The notes: a model not told the origin generated them from the letters alone. Positions 35,630-48,309 are shown, counted from the first letter of the whole stretch. The stretch is 63,922 bases of DNA, filler included, from Vicugna vicugna (GCA_013265495.1; 72 parts of 71 records of this genome joined end to end with filler, not necessarily neighbours in it), one strand, 5' to 3'. Program-made: numbers and translations.

Positions 35630-36806
35630 GGTTCTAAGGGAATGCCTGTGCTCGTCTCCCCTGAGTGTGTTCCTTATGTCCCTGTGCCAGGGAATGGTAG
35701 GGGGCGTTGCAGGAAATCTCAGTGACAGGGGCTGCCTCCTCAATTTCATGGAAAGAATTTCTCGGACTTCCCCGAGCAGGGAACACCTGTGACTGAAGAG
35801 AGCTGCGTGGAGTTGTCTCTCGAGCTCCCCCACTCAATGACAATGGTTCCGGAATCGTCAGCGTGGGGTGGTTCCACCAACAGTCGACAGAGCGTGAGTT
35901 CCAAGGGAATGCCTGTGCTCNNNNNNNNNNNNNNNNNNNNNNNNNNNNNNNNNNNNNNNNNNNNNNNNNNNNNNNNNNNNNNNNNNNNNNNNNNNNNNNN
36001 NNNNNNNNNNNNNNNNNNNNNNNNNNNNNNNNNNNNNNNNNNNNNNNNNNNNNNNNNNNNNNNNNNNNNNNNNNNNNNNNNNNNNNNNNNNNNNNNNNNN
36101 NNNNNNNNNNNNNNNNNNNNNNNNNNNNNNNNNNNNNNNNNNNNNNNNNNNNNNNNNNNNNNNNNNNNNNNNNNNNNNNNNNNNNNNNNNNNNNNNNNNN
36201 NNNNNNNNNNNNNNNNNNNNNNNNNNNNNNNNNNNNNNNNNNNNNNNNNNNNNNNNNNNNNNNNNNNNNNNNNNNNNNNNNNNNNNNNNNNNNNNNNNNN
36301 NNNNNNNNNNNNNNNNNNNNNNNNNNNNNNNNNNNNNNNNNNNNNNNNNNNNNNNNNNNNNNNNNNNNNNNNNNNNNNNNNNNNNNTGTCGTCAGCATGT
36401 GGGTTCTAAGGGAATGCCTGTGTTCGTCTCCCCTGAGTGTTTTCCTCATGTCTCTGTGCCAGGGAATGCTATGGGGGTTTGCAGGAATTCCCAGAGGCAT
36501 AGGCTGCCTCCCCAAGTTCAGGGAATTTTTTCTCGGACTTCCCCGAGCAGGGAACACCTGTGACTGAAGAGAGCTGCGTGGAGTTGTCTCTCGAGCTCCC
36601 CCACTCAATGACAATGGTTCCGGATTCTGAGCGTGGGGAGGTTCCACAAAAAGTGGCAGCGCGTGGGTTCATAGGGAATGCCTGTGCTCATATCCCCTGA
36701 GGGTTTTCCTCATGTCTCTGTGCCAGGGAATGCTATGGGGGTTTGCAGGAATTCCCAGAGGCATAGGCTGCCTCCCCAAGTTCAGGGAATTTTTTCTCGG
36801 ACTTCC
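35630..36806 (-). repeat. 267-bp satellite (family A), distinct subfamily
   Basis: Family A unit with shared diagnostic changes (cactcaatgac, cccgagcagg, gggaatgcctgtg). Confidence 0.92.
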
Positions 36807-36906
36807 NNNNNNNNNNNNNNNNNNNNNNNNNNNNNNNNNNNNNNNNNNNNTTAATTAATTAANNNNNNNNNNNNNNNNNNNNNNNNNNNNNNNNNNNNNN
36901 NNNNNN

Positions 36907-37754
36907 AATCTATTCAAATTACATATCTCTAGGGTAGAATTCGCTCCAACATGGTTTTTCTGGGTTCAAATTGTGATTCTTGAAACTGGTGACAAGGAGA
37001 AGCTATATAGTCAAAGTAAATATTTCAAAGTGCATAGGTACCCTGTTATGGTATGAATATCAGTCATGCGCATGTTCACAACTCAGAAATGCTTGTTTGA
37101 GGAATCCATGTTGCATGAAACATGTTCGGAATACGGAATGCCATGGTTATGTAAACAATGTAAATTACATGTGTATTGGTGAGAATTCGCTCAAAGAGTT
37201 TTTTCTGGTGCCTAATGTTCTATTTTAGGATCTGGTGATAGAAAATCCTATGAAGTCAGAGTAAATATTTTGAAGTGTATATATGCCTTGTTTGGTGGAT
37301 GAAAGATCAGTAATCCACATGCTCACAAGTCAGAAACGCATGTTGGCCGAATCCGTAATGCATGTAGTATGTACGGAACCCGGAATGCATGTTGATGGAT
37401 TTCATGTAAATTACATATCTGTTAGGTGGAAATCGCTCCAGAAATATTTTTCTGTGAAAAATGCATGAATTCGAAACTGGTGTCAGGGAAAGTTTGTGAA
37501 AATGAGAACACGTGTCTAGATGTAACTATTCCTGATATAGAGGATGAAAAATCAGTAATCCACATGCTCCTATCTCAGGAATGCATGCTTGACTAATCCG
37601 TCATGCATGTAGCATGACTTGACTAATCCGTCATGCATGTAGCATGTACGGAAATTGGAATTCCATGTAGATGGAATGAATTCAAATTACATATCTCTAC
37701 GGTAATTTATGTTCCAAGAGGGTTTTTCTGGGATCAAAGTGTGATTCTTGAAAC
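36907..37754 (-). repeat. 246-bp satellite (family D) showing a trimeric higher-order repeat
   Basis: 'aaattacat' at 36916, 37162, 37408 and 37684; the 4th monomer start matches the 1st much better than it matches its neighbours. Confidence 0.9.
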
Positions 37755-37854
37755 NNNNNNNNNNNNNNNNNNNNNNNNNNNNNNNNNNNNNNNNNNNNTT
37801 AATTAATTAANNNNNNNNNNNNNNNNNNNNNNNNNNNNNNNNNNNNNNNNNNNN

Positions 37855-38161
37855 TCAGGATTCCGGAATCATTGTCAGCGCGTGGGGGAGCTCGAGAGAT
37901 AACTCCATGCATTTCTCTTCAGTCACAGGTGTTCCCTGTTCGAGGAAGTCCGAGAAATATCTTCCCTGACATTGGGGAGGCAGCCTCTCTCACTGGGATA
38001 TCCTGCCAATCCCCCTAGCATTCCCTGGCACAGAGAAATTAAGAAAACCCTCAGGGGAGACGAGCTTAGGCTTTCTGTTACAACCCACGTGCTGCCGACC
38101 GTTGGTGGAACCTCCCCACGCTCAGGAATCCGGAACCATTGTCAGTGCATGAGGGAGCTCG
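37855..38161 (+). repeat. 267-bp satellite (family A)
   Basis: Family A unit. Confidence 0.92.
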
Positions 38162-39237
38162 NNNNNNNNNNNNNNNNNNNNNNNNNNNNNNNNNNNNNNN
38201 NNNNNTTAATTAATTAANNNNNNNNNNNNNNNNNNNNNNNNNNNNNNNNNNNNNNNNNNNNGTCCAAAATAAATAGTAGTTTTGTCACCTTTGCATTTCC
38301 GTATATATTTGTAACTGACAGTAAGAAAATTTTGAATGTGTTAACAACTATAACTTTTCTCATTGGTTACTAGAGTCACTTTGCATGGCTTCACCTACGA
38401 TGGTCATTTTTATGGCCCAATGTGTGCAGAGAAAGGGCTGTCTGTTTAGAAAGAGAGGAATTCACTCACATTGATTGGGTTCAGAATACAAGTATCAACT
38501 CATATTTTTTAATACNNNNNNNNNNNNNNNNNNNNNNNNNNNNNNNNNNNNNNNNNNNNNNNNNNNNNNNNNNNNNNNNNNNNNNNNNNNNNNNNNNNNN
38601 NNNNNNNNNNNNNNNNNNNNNNNNNNNNNNNNNNNNNNNNNNNNNNNNNNNNNNNNNNNNNNNNNNNNNNNNNNNNNNNNNNNNNNNNNNNNNNNNNNNN
38701 NNNNNNNNNNNNNNNNNNNNNNNNNNNNNNNNNNNNNNNNNNNNNNNNNNNNNNNNNNNNNNNNNNNNNNNNNNNNNNNNNNNNNNNNNNNNNNNNNNNN
38801 NNNNNNNNNNNNNNNNNNNNNNNNNNNNNNNNNNNNNNNNNNNNNNNNNNNNNNNNNNNNNNNNNNNTCCAAGGGAGAAAAGGGGTGGCTGCAGTCTCCC
38901 CTTTGACCTATGCCCTTGCTTAGAGGTGGTCTCTTGATTGATTGACAGCGCTTTTCCCCAGAATGCTTTATCAGGTTTGGCTCATTTGTGCATGTCCTTA
39001 CCCATGCACAGGGGCCACTAAATTGTAATAATTTTAATAGAATGAACACTGGGTCCTGTCTGATTAAGTCATTTCTGCTAAAGCATGGTCGGTTGTGGCT
39101 GCTGAGTTTTAACCAGTTTCGTGCGGGCACTCATTTACAAGAAGCAAAGTCCCTTTAAGTAGGAGCAGGGATGATACCATCTTGCAGACCATCCTCCCTC
39201 TCCCCGACAAATCTGCCCAGTGTCCCCTCTTATCTGA

Positions 39238-39349
39238 CTACTTAATATTCACCTTGCTACAAATCCAGTTCCTTTCTGTGTAGTTCCTGGCGCTGCTAAT
39301 TCCGTTGTCACTCAGGTAGGCACATTCGCCATCTCCTGTGATGGCAAAC
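39238..39349 (-). CDS. Terminal coding exon of a CLEC2-subfamily C-type lectin (CLEC2D/LLT1/Clr-like)
   Basis: Acceptor 'tttttgtgtttggttttag|G', then FAITGDGECAYLSDNGISSARNYTERNWICSKVNIK*. Matches the CLEC2D C-terminus GAGECAYLNDKGASSARHYTERKWICSK (recalled). Downstream ATTAAA on the minus strand at ~39033-39038. Confidence 0.9.
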
Positions 39350-39721
39350 CTAAAACCAAACACAAAAATATTAACAACAAGAAAAACGAAACATCATAGG
39401 TTGGACACCAGCATTTATTCCTCATGTATGTCCTATTATCATAGGTAAAAATATCTACTCCAGGTATCTTTAATGTGAACGAGAGAAAAGNNNNNNNNNN
39501 NNNNNNNNNNNNNNNNNNNNNNNNNNNNNNNNNNTTAATTAATTAANNNNNNNNNNNNNNNNNNNNNNNNNNNNNNNNNNNNNNNNNNNNCCTGAGCTAA
39601 CTAAACTGCTTTCTTATTTTTGTTTTTTGTATTGAAATTGTGTATGGCACATATTTGGATTCTCTATTATTTATGTGGCAATACACCATGACTTTAAGTT
39701 TGTTTGCTGCAGGGTTGACAT

Positions 39722-39796
39722 TGTGTGTGTGTGTGTGCACGCAGGTGTGTGTGCATGTGTGTCTGTGTCTGTGTCGGTGTCTGTGTGTGTGTATGT
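39722..39796 (+). repeat. Imperfect (TG)n microsatellite
   Basis: tgtgtgtgtgtgtgtgcacgcaggtgtgtgtg... Confidence 0.85.
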
Positions 39797-40843
39797 NNNN
39801 NNNNNNNNNNNNNNNNNNNNNNNNNNNNNNNNNNNNNNNNNNNNNNNNNNNNNNNNNNNNNNNNNNNNNNNNNNNNNNNNNNNNNNNNNNNNNNNNNNNN
39901 NNNNNNNNNNNNNNNNNNNNNNNNNNNNNNNNNNNNNNNNNNNNNNNNNNNNNNNNNNNNNNNNNNNCACTTTGCAGTCGCTACTGTCTGGATAAAAGAT
40001 GTGCTTTCATTGTCACTTCTTAGACTTCTTTGGTAGTTAAAGCCACTGTTGTCACTGGGACGGTGAACCCTTCCTTTTATCTGATATCACTTGAGACTCA
40101 GTGTACACATTGAGAAAATGTGTAAAGACTGGTGGGTATTTGGAATCAGACAAGTGCCTTTGATATGTCCAGTGTGGCAAGGTACCTTGTCTCCACCACT
40201 GTGAATGGGGATTACGGAGAGTGTCACGAATGTCTGAGTGTCTGAAGGATGGAATTTCTGTCTCCTTTGTGGCTCCCTCCTAGTTACATGCGACTATGAG
40301 TACTGGTGCATTTGGAGGCCGATGCAATGTAATCCAATGAGACCCTGTTTCTACTGGGTTGTCTGAACTTGAGGACTCATATATCCTAGTCAGGGGGCCT
40401 TGGTTTCACACACCAAATCTGCTCCTCCCTCAGTTCAGCTTCTTTTGTGTGATTTNNNNNNNNNNNNNNNNNNNNNNNNNNNNNNNNNNNNNNNNNNNNN
40501 NNNNNNNNNNNNNNNNNNNNNNNNNNNNNNNNNNNNNNNNNNNNNNNNNNNNNNNNNNNNNNNNNNNNNNNNNNNNNNNNNNNNNNNNNNNNNNNNNNNN
40601 NNNNNNNNNNNNNNNNNNNNNNNNNNNNNNNNNNNNNNAAAAGAGTAAATGAATAAATCACCTCCCTTTATGTCTGAGTACTACAAAATATTTTGATATT
40701 CCTGGTTTTTTTTTTTAAAGTTTTTCCCACCTACATGCACGTTNNNNNNNNNNNNNNNNNNNNNNNNNNNNNNNNNNNNNNNNNNNNTTAATTAATTAAN
40801 NNNNNNNNNNNNNNNNNNNNNNNNNNNNNNNNNNNNNNNNNNN

Positions 40844-41941
40844 TTTCTTAATGTCTCTGTGCCAGGGAATGCTAGGGGATTTTGCAGGCAATCCAAGTGA
40901 CAGAGGCTGCCTCCCCAAGTTCAGTGAAGGTTTTTCTCGGCCTTCCCCGTTCAGGGAACACCTGTGACTGAAGAGAGCTGCGTGGAGTTGTCTCTAGAGC
41001 TCCCCCACGCACTGACAATGATTCCGGAATCCTGAGCGTGGGGAGGTTCCATCAACCGTCGGCAGCGCNNNNNNNNNNNNNNNNNNNNNNNNNNNNNNNN
41101 NNNNNNNNNNNNNNNNNNNNNNNNNNNNNNNNNNNNNNNNNNNNNNNNNNNNNNNNNNNNNNNNNNNNNNNNNNNNNNNNNNNNNNNNNNNNNNNNNNNN
41201 NNNNNNNNNNNNNNNNNNNNNNNNNNNNNNNNNNNNNNNNNNNNNNNNNNNNNNNNNNNNNNNNNNNNNNNNNNNNNNNNNNNNNNNNNNNNNNNNNNNN
41301 NNNNNNNNNNNNNNNNNNNNNNNNNNNNNNNNNNNNNNNNNNNNNNNNNNNNNNNNNNNNNNNNNNNNNNNNNNNNNNNNNNNNNNNNNNNNNNNNNNNN
41401 NNNNNNNNNNNNNNNNNNNNNNNNNNNNNNNNNNNNNNNNNNNNNNNNNNNNNNNNNNNNNNNNNNNNNNNNNNNNNNNNNNNNNNNNNNNNNNNNNNNN
41501 NNNNNNNNNNNNNNNNNNNNNNNNNNNNNNNNNNNNNNNNNNNNNNNNNNNNNNNNNNNNNNNNNNNNNNNNNNNNNNNNNNNNNNNNNNNNNNNNNNNN
41601 NNNNNNNNNNNNNNNNNNNNNNNNNNNNNNNNNNNNNNNNNNNNNNNNNNNNNNNNNNNNNNNNNNNNNNNNNNNNNNNNNNNNNNNNNNNNNNNNNNNN
41701 NNNNNNNNNNNNNNNNNNNNNNNNNNNNNNNNNNNNNNNNNNNNNNNNNNNNNNNNNNNNNNNNNNNNNNNNNNNNNNNNNNNNNNNNNNNNNNNNNNNN
41801 NNNNNNNNNNNNNNNNNNNNNNNNNNNNNNNNNNNNNNNNNNNNNNNNNNNNNNNNCCACCAACGTTCGGTAGCGCTAGGGTTCTAACGGAATCCTTTAG
41901 CTCGTATCCCCTGAGGGTTTTCCTAATGTCTCTGTGCCAGG
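40844..41941 (-). repeat. 267-bp satellite (family A), gapped
   Basis: Family A unit on both sides of the gap. Confidence 0.9.
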
Positions 41942-42189
41942 NNNNNNNNNNNNNNNNNNNNNNNNNNNNNNNNNNNNNNNNNNNNTTAATTAATTAANNN
42001 NNNNNNNNNNNNNNNNNNNNNNNNNNNNNNNNNNNNNNNNNTTCTCTGTGTTGCCTCAACTCATTTTCTCTCAACTGCACTGCTATACTTCTTTCTCTAG
42101 GTGGACCTCTCTTCTCCCATTTGCCATGTACATGGCCCTTTTCCCCAAGGCCTCATCTTCAGTCCTCCACCTGGCAGGACTGAATCGCC

Positions 42190-42782
42190 CCCACGGCCTC
42201 ACCCACAGCTCCTCTGAGCTCCTGACTGGTGAATCCAGCTTAACAATGGACATCACCCCTTAGATGTCCCATAGACACTTCGCACTCAAAATGTCACACA
42301 CAGAACCATCTCCTCGAAACCAGCTCCTCCCCTTACACTCCCCCTGCAGATCTGCTCTCTGGATGGGTCACTGGAAAGTCAACTCAGCATCTCTGCGGCC
42401 CGCCACCCCGGTCCTGCAGTCCCCACTGCAGCAATCACCACTTATGCCGCCCATGTCTCTCTCCTTCTGCCCACGGCCTCACCTCTCCTTCTGCCCACGG
42501 CCTCTCTGCAGGCATGTGCCACTTGCTGTCTGGGTTACCTGGGTTGGTCCCCGAAATATCCTTTCCCCCAAAATATGGGCCTCCCCCCAAAAATAGTATC
42601 TTCCATTCTGCTGCCAGAATAACCAGACATTCTGCAACATAAACATTATGCAATTCTCTTACAAATATTCCAATATATCCCTACTTCCTTAAGGATATAT
42701 TGAAGTCTAAGCACACAAGGCCCATCGTGACACAGGTCTTGTGCACCTGATATTCCAACCTATGGATCCTTTGTTCTAGCTC
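42190..42782 (+). mobile_element. LINE-2 remnant
   Basis: 'ggacatcaccccttagatgtcccatagacacttcgcactcaaaatgtc', 'ccattctgctgccaga' and 'cacaaggccc' in L2 order. Confidence 0.6.
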
Positions 42783-43484
42783 NNNNNNNNNNNNNNNNNN
42801 NNNNNNNNNNNNNNNNNNNNNNNNNNTTAATTAATTAANNNNNNNNNNNNNNNNNNNNNNNNNNNNNNNNNNNNNNNNNNNNTGTTATAGCAGCTCAAAC
42901 GGAGGAAGACAGCCTGTGACTCAGGCAGCCACTGCTGGATTATAAGTGCCATGGGTATAAGTACACAGAGGAAGGGGTGGAGGTGTGGAGTTGGGACATT
43001 CTGTTTTAACTGAAGAGGTAACTGAAGCCTTTGTGTTGGGAGGAACATGAAGGAAATGATACTTAAGAAGAATATTGTATATTCATCTCCACAGGGTCTG
43101 AGGATGCACTTGAGAAAATTCCACATTGTTGTCTGATTAAAAACCAAGATAACACTTAACAAAATGACAATAGATCAAAATGTCCTTAAACCAAATATAT
43201 ATACATCAAAACCCCAAAACCAGCAAGGATCCACTGTCACCCAAACGTGCCCTGATCTACCATGAACACGGGTCAGCAGATACTATGAATGGGGAGATTG
43301 GAACACCAAGACCTATATAGAATAGACCGATATAGAATAATTTGGCAAAAGTGTAAAAGAAATTCCTCTAAATTGGTTAAAGAACTAAAAGTTCCGATTG
43401 GAAACATAAATGAATAAAGATAATATGAAATTTCATCCCCCAAATTAAAATTTCATCCCCCAAATTAAAATAGTTGGAAGTGAA

Positions 43485-43655
43485 AGACTTAGAGAACTAC
43501 AACACATTGAATAAGGAAATTAAAGATGCCTTAAAGCAATGGAAGGACACCCCCGAGCTCTTGGATTGGAAGAAAGAATACTGTGAACATGGCCGTACTG
43601 CCCAAAGTGGTCTACAGATTTAATGTGATCCCTGTCACATAACCCAGGACATGTT
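43485..43655 (+). mobile_element. LINE-1 ORF2 fragment
   Basis: 'aaggaaattaaagat...tcttggattggaaga...atggccgtactgcccaaagtggtctacagatttaatg' ([21 protein letters not shown]). Confidence 0.8.
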
Positions 43656-43755
43656 NNNNNNNNNNNNNNNNNNNNNNNNNNNNNNNNNNNNNNNNNNNNT
43701 TAATTAATTAANNNNNNNNNNNNNNNNNNNNNNNNNNNNNNNNNNNNNNNNNNNN

Positions 43756-44679
43756 TGAAAGCCGTCCTTCACCTTGCTTGAAGGAAAAACAAAGTTTCTT
43801 ATCACTTGCAAACCCATTCCATACATATATATGGGGAGGAACAAGTTCCAACTCGGTTTTACAGTGCAAACCGCAGGAACTTCAAACTGGCACTAGGAAA
43901 CAAACTGGGAAACCAGAGTAAGGGTTTCCCCTGCAACTCGTTCCCTTTGTGCGGGATGAACGAACGTCTCTNNNNNNNNNNNNNNNNNNNNNNNNNNNNN
44001 NNNNNNNNNNNNNNNNNNNNNNNNNNNNNNNNNNNNNNNNNNNNNNNNNNNNNNNNNNNNNNNNNNNNNNNNNNNNNNNNNNNNNNNNNNNNNNNNNNNN
44101 NNNNNNNNNNNNNNNNNNNNNNNNNNNNNNNNNNNNNNNNNNNNNNNNNNNNNNNNNNNNNNNNNNNNNNNNNNNNNNNNNNNNNNNNNNNNNNNNNNNN
44201 NNNNNNNNNNNNNNNNNNNNNNNNNNNNNNNNNNNNNNNNNNNNNNNNNNNNNNNNNNNNNNNNNNNNNNNNNNNNNNNNNNNNNNNNNNNNNNNNNNNN
44301 NNNNNNNNNNNNNNNNNNNNNNNNNNNNNNNNNNNNNNNNNNNNNNNNNNNNNNNNNNNNNNNNNNNNNNNNNNNNNNNNNNNNNNNNNNNNNNNNNNNN
44401 NNNNNNNNNNNNNNNNAGTTGCAAACTCCACACCAAACATATATATGGGGAGGTACAAGCTCCAACTCGGTTTTACAGTGCAAACCGCAGGAACTTCAAA
44501 GCGGCACTAAGAAGCAGAGTGAGAAACCAGTGTAAGTGTTTAACCTGCAACCCGTTCCCTTTGTGCTAGATGAACGAACGTGTCTCCAGATGCTAAGTTC
44601 TGAGAGATATATGTGGGTGAAAGCCGTCCTTCAACTAGCTTGATTGGAACACAAAGTTTCTTTTCAGTTGCAAACTCCA
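43756..44679 (-). repeat. ~249-bp satellite (family C), reverse orientation
   Basis: 'agttgcaaactcca' at 44417 and 44666 (period 249). Confidence 0.9.
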
Positions 44680-44889
44680 NNNNNNNNNNNNNNNNNNNNN
44701 NNNNNNNNNNNNNNNNNNNNNNNTTAATTAATTAANNNNNNNNNNNNNNNNNNNNNNNNNNNNNNNNNNNNNNNNNNNNGGGCATACCTCTTCTTCCTGG
44801 CCACCTCCTTCCTTCCTCCCTCAGTTGGCTAATTACGGCTTCCAGCCCTGGCAGGATAAAAACTGCAGGGGGAAGCAGAGTTCCTAAGT

Positions 44890-45551
44890 GGCTGACACTC
44901 CTGGTCCTGCATACTCCTCAGCCTGCTCCCTCCTGTGGCTGCACAGTCCTGGGCCTGCACACTACTGTGTCTGCACACTCCGGGGCCTGCACACTCCTGA
45001 TCCTGCACAAACCTGGGCCAGCACAATCCTGGGCTTGCTCTCTCTTATGCCTACACACAGCTTGGCTTGCACACTCCTGGGCCTGCTCCCTCCTTAGCCT
45101 GGGCCTGCTCCCTCCTTAGCCTGCAAACTCCTGGGCCTGCACACTCCTTGGCCAGCTCCCTCCTGTGCCTGCACACCCCAGGGCCTGCACATTCCTGGGC
45201 CTGCTTCCTCCTGTGCCTTCACACTACTCAGCCTGCACACTCCTGGGCCTGCACACACATGGGCCTGCTCGATCCTGTGCCTGAACACTCCTGGGCTTGT
45301 ACACCCATGGGCCTGCAGACTCCTGTGCCAGCACACTCCTGGGCCTGCACACTATTGGGCCTGCCCTCTCCTGGGCCTGCCCTCTCCTGGGCCTGCACAC
45401 ACATGGGCCTACTCTCTCCTGAGCACACTCCTTGCACCCTCCTGGGCCTGCTCCCTCCTGTGCCTGCACACTCCAGGGCCTGCACATTCCTGGGCCTGCT
45501 CCCTCCTGTGCCTCCACACTCCTGGGCCTGCAAACTCCTGGGCTGGGCCTG
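44890..45551 (+). repeat. 16-bp GC-rich minisatellite (CTGCACACTCCTGGGC)n, ~40 degenerate units
   Basis: Repeated ctgcacactcctgggc / ctgctccctcctgtgc variants running to the scaffold end. Confidence 0.92.
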
Positions 45552-45651
45552 NNNNNNNNNNNNNNNNNNNNNNNNNNNNNNNNNNNNNNNNNNNNTTAAT
45601 TAATTAANNNNNNNNNNNNNNNNNNNNNNNNNNNNNNNNNNNNNNNNNNNN

Positions 45652-46178
45652 GCATTCCGGGTTCCGTACATGATACATGCATGATGGATTTGGCAAACAT
45701 ACTTTTCTGAATTGTGAGCATGTGTTAATGATCTTTCATCCACCAAACAAGGCATATATACACTTAGGAATATTTACACTGACTTCATAAGTTTTTTCAA
45801 TCACCAGGTTTTAAAATCGGACATTTGGTACCAGAAAACTCTCCGATCGAATTCTCACCTATACACATGTAATTTACATTGTTTACGTAACCATGGTATT
45901 CCGTATTCCCGAAAATATTTCATGCAACGCGGATTCNNNNNNNNNNNNNNNNNNNNNNNNNNNNNNNNNNNNNNNNNNNNNNNNNNNNNNNNNNNNNNNN
46001 NNNNNNCTATGTACTTTATCTACTTTGAATTCATAGCTTCTTCCTATCACCAGTTTCATGAATCACACTTTGATCCCAGAAAAACCCTCTTTGATCGAAT
46101 ACTAAACAAGAGATATTTCACTTGAATAGAATCCATCAACATGATTTTCCATGTTGCATACATTCTACATGCATGACA
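45652..46178 (+). repeat. 246-bp satellite (family D)
   Basis: Reverse complement of monomers in 36907-37390. Confidence 0.87.
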
Positions 46179-46278
46179 NNNNNNNNNNNNNNNNNNNNNN
46201 NNNNNNNNNNNNNNNNNNNNNNTTAATTAATTAANNNNNNNNNNNNNNNNNNNNNNNNNNNNNNNNNNNNNNNNNNNN

Positions 46279-47338
46279 GCAGGATATCCCAGGGACCGAG
46301 GCTGCCTCCCCAATATCAAGGAAGTTATTTCCTTAACTTCCCCAACAGGGAACACCTGTGACTTAAGAGAGCTGCGTGGAGTTGTCTCTCGAGCTCCCCC
46401 ACGCACTGACAATGGTTCCGGAATCCTGAGCGTGGGGAGGTTCCACCAACGGTCAGCAGAGCGTGGGTTATAACGGAATGCATAAGCTCGTCTCCCCTGA
46501 GGATTTTCCTAATGTCTCTGTGCCAGGGAATGCTAGGGGTGATTGCAGGCAATCCCAGTGACCGAGGCTGCCTCCCCAAGGTCANNNNNNNNNNNNNNNN
46601 NNNNNNNNNNNNNNNNNNNNNNNNNNNNNNNNNNNNNNNNNNNNNNNNNNNNNNNNNNNNNNNNNNNNNNNNNNNNNNNNNNNNNNNNNNNNNNNNNNNN
46701 NNNNNNNNNNNNNNNNNNNNNNNNNNNNNNNNNNNNNNNNNNNNNNNNNNNNNNNNNNNNNNNNNNNNNNNNNNNNNNNNNNNNNNNNNNNNNNNNNNNN
46801 NNNNNNNNNNNNNNNNNNNNNNNNNNNNNNNNNNNNNNNNNNNNNNNNNNNNNNNNNNNNNNNNNNNNNNNNNNNNNNNNNNNNNNNNNNNNNNNNNNNN
46901 NNNNNNNNNNNNNNNNNNNNNNNNNNNNNNNNNNNNNNNNNNNNNNNNNNNNNNNNNNNNNNNNNNNNNNNNNNNNNNNNNNNNNNNNNNNNNNNNNNNN
47001 NNNNNNNNNNNNNNNNNNNNNNNNNNNNNNNNNNNNNNNNNNNNNNNNNNNNGAGGTTCCACCAACGGTCGGCAGCGCGTGGGTTCTAACGGAATGCCTA
47101 AGCTCGTCTCCCCTGAGTGTTTTCCTAATCTCTCTGTTGCCAGGGAATGCTAGGGTTGATTGCAGGCAATCCCAGTGACGGAGGCTGCCTCCCCAAAGTC
47201 AGGGAAGGTATTTCCCGGACTTCCCCGAAAAGGGAACACCTGTGACTGAAGAGAGCTGCGTGGTGTTGTCTCTAGAGCTACCCACGAACTGATAATTTTT
47301 CCGGAATCCTGAGCGTGGGGAGGTACCACCAACGGTCG
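46279..47338 (-). repeat. 267-bp satellite (family A), gapped
   Basis: Family A unit. Confidence 0.92.
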
Positions 47339-47438
47339 NNNNNNNNNNNNNNNNNNNNNNNNNNNNNNNNNNNNNNNNNNNNTTAATTAATTAANNNNNN
47401 NNNNNNNNNNNNNNNNNNNNNNNNNNNNNNNNNNNNNN

Positions 47439-48209
47439 GACATACATATGATCAAAAGGCACATCAGAAAATGCTCAATATCAATGATTGTCAGAGAAAT
47501 CCAAATCAAAACTACAATGAGTTATCACCTCACTCCAGTGAGAATGGCCATCATTCATAAATCCACAATGACAAATGCTGGAGTGGCTGTGGAGAAAAGG
47601 GAATCCTCCTTCACTGCTGGCGGCAATGCAGATTGGTGCAGCCAGTGTGGAAAACAGGATGAAGATTACTCAAAAACCTAGGAATAGCCTTACCATATGA
47701 CCCAGGAAACCCGCTCCTGGCCATAAATCATGAAGGAACCCTACTTCTGGATGACACCTGCATCCCAATATTTATAGCCAGCAATATTTACAATAGCCAA
47801 GACATGGAAACAGCCTAAATATCCATCGACATTTGACTAGATAAAGAAGAGGTGGTATATTAATACAATGGAATACTGGTCAGCCATATAAAGCGAAAAC
47901 ATAACACCATTTTCAGCAACATGGATGGTCCAGGAGAAGTCCAGGAGAAAATCAGTCTAAGTGAAGTAACCCAGAAAGAGAAAGAAATATAACATATTAG
48001 ATGGCTCATCAGTGGAATCAAAAAACAAAACAAAACAAAAAAAGCACAAATACACAACAGAAATAGACTCGCAGACATAGAACACTAGCTTTTGTTAGCC
48101 AAGGGGGCAGGGTGTGGGAAAGGATAGATTGGGAGGTCTAAATTGTAGAATAGATAAACAGGAATATACTTTATAGCACAGGGAAATAAATAAAAGTTCT
48201 TACGGAAGC
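47439..48209 (+). mobile_element. LINE-1 ORF2 end plus 3' UTR
   Basis: [34 protein letters not shown]. Confidence 0.92.
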
Positions 48210-48309
48210 NNNNNNNNNNNNNNNNNNNNNNNNNNNNNNNNNNNNNNNNNNNNTTAATTAATTAANNNNNNNNNNNNNNNNNNNNNNNNNNNNNNNNNNN
48301 NNNNNNNNN

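Noticed and set aside
42460..43470. Small tandem duplications (~24 bp at 42460-42505, ~21 bp at 43428-43470; also 17580-17612)
   Set aside because: Ordinary slippage duplications.
44829..45603. Cys/His/Pro-rich repeat ORFs resembling keratin-associated or zinc-finger proteins
   Set aside because: The 16-bp unit is not a multiple of 3, ORFs occur on both strands, and there are no proper C2H2 or KRTAP motifs.
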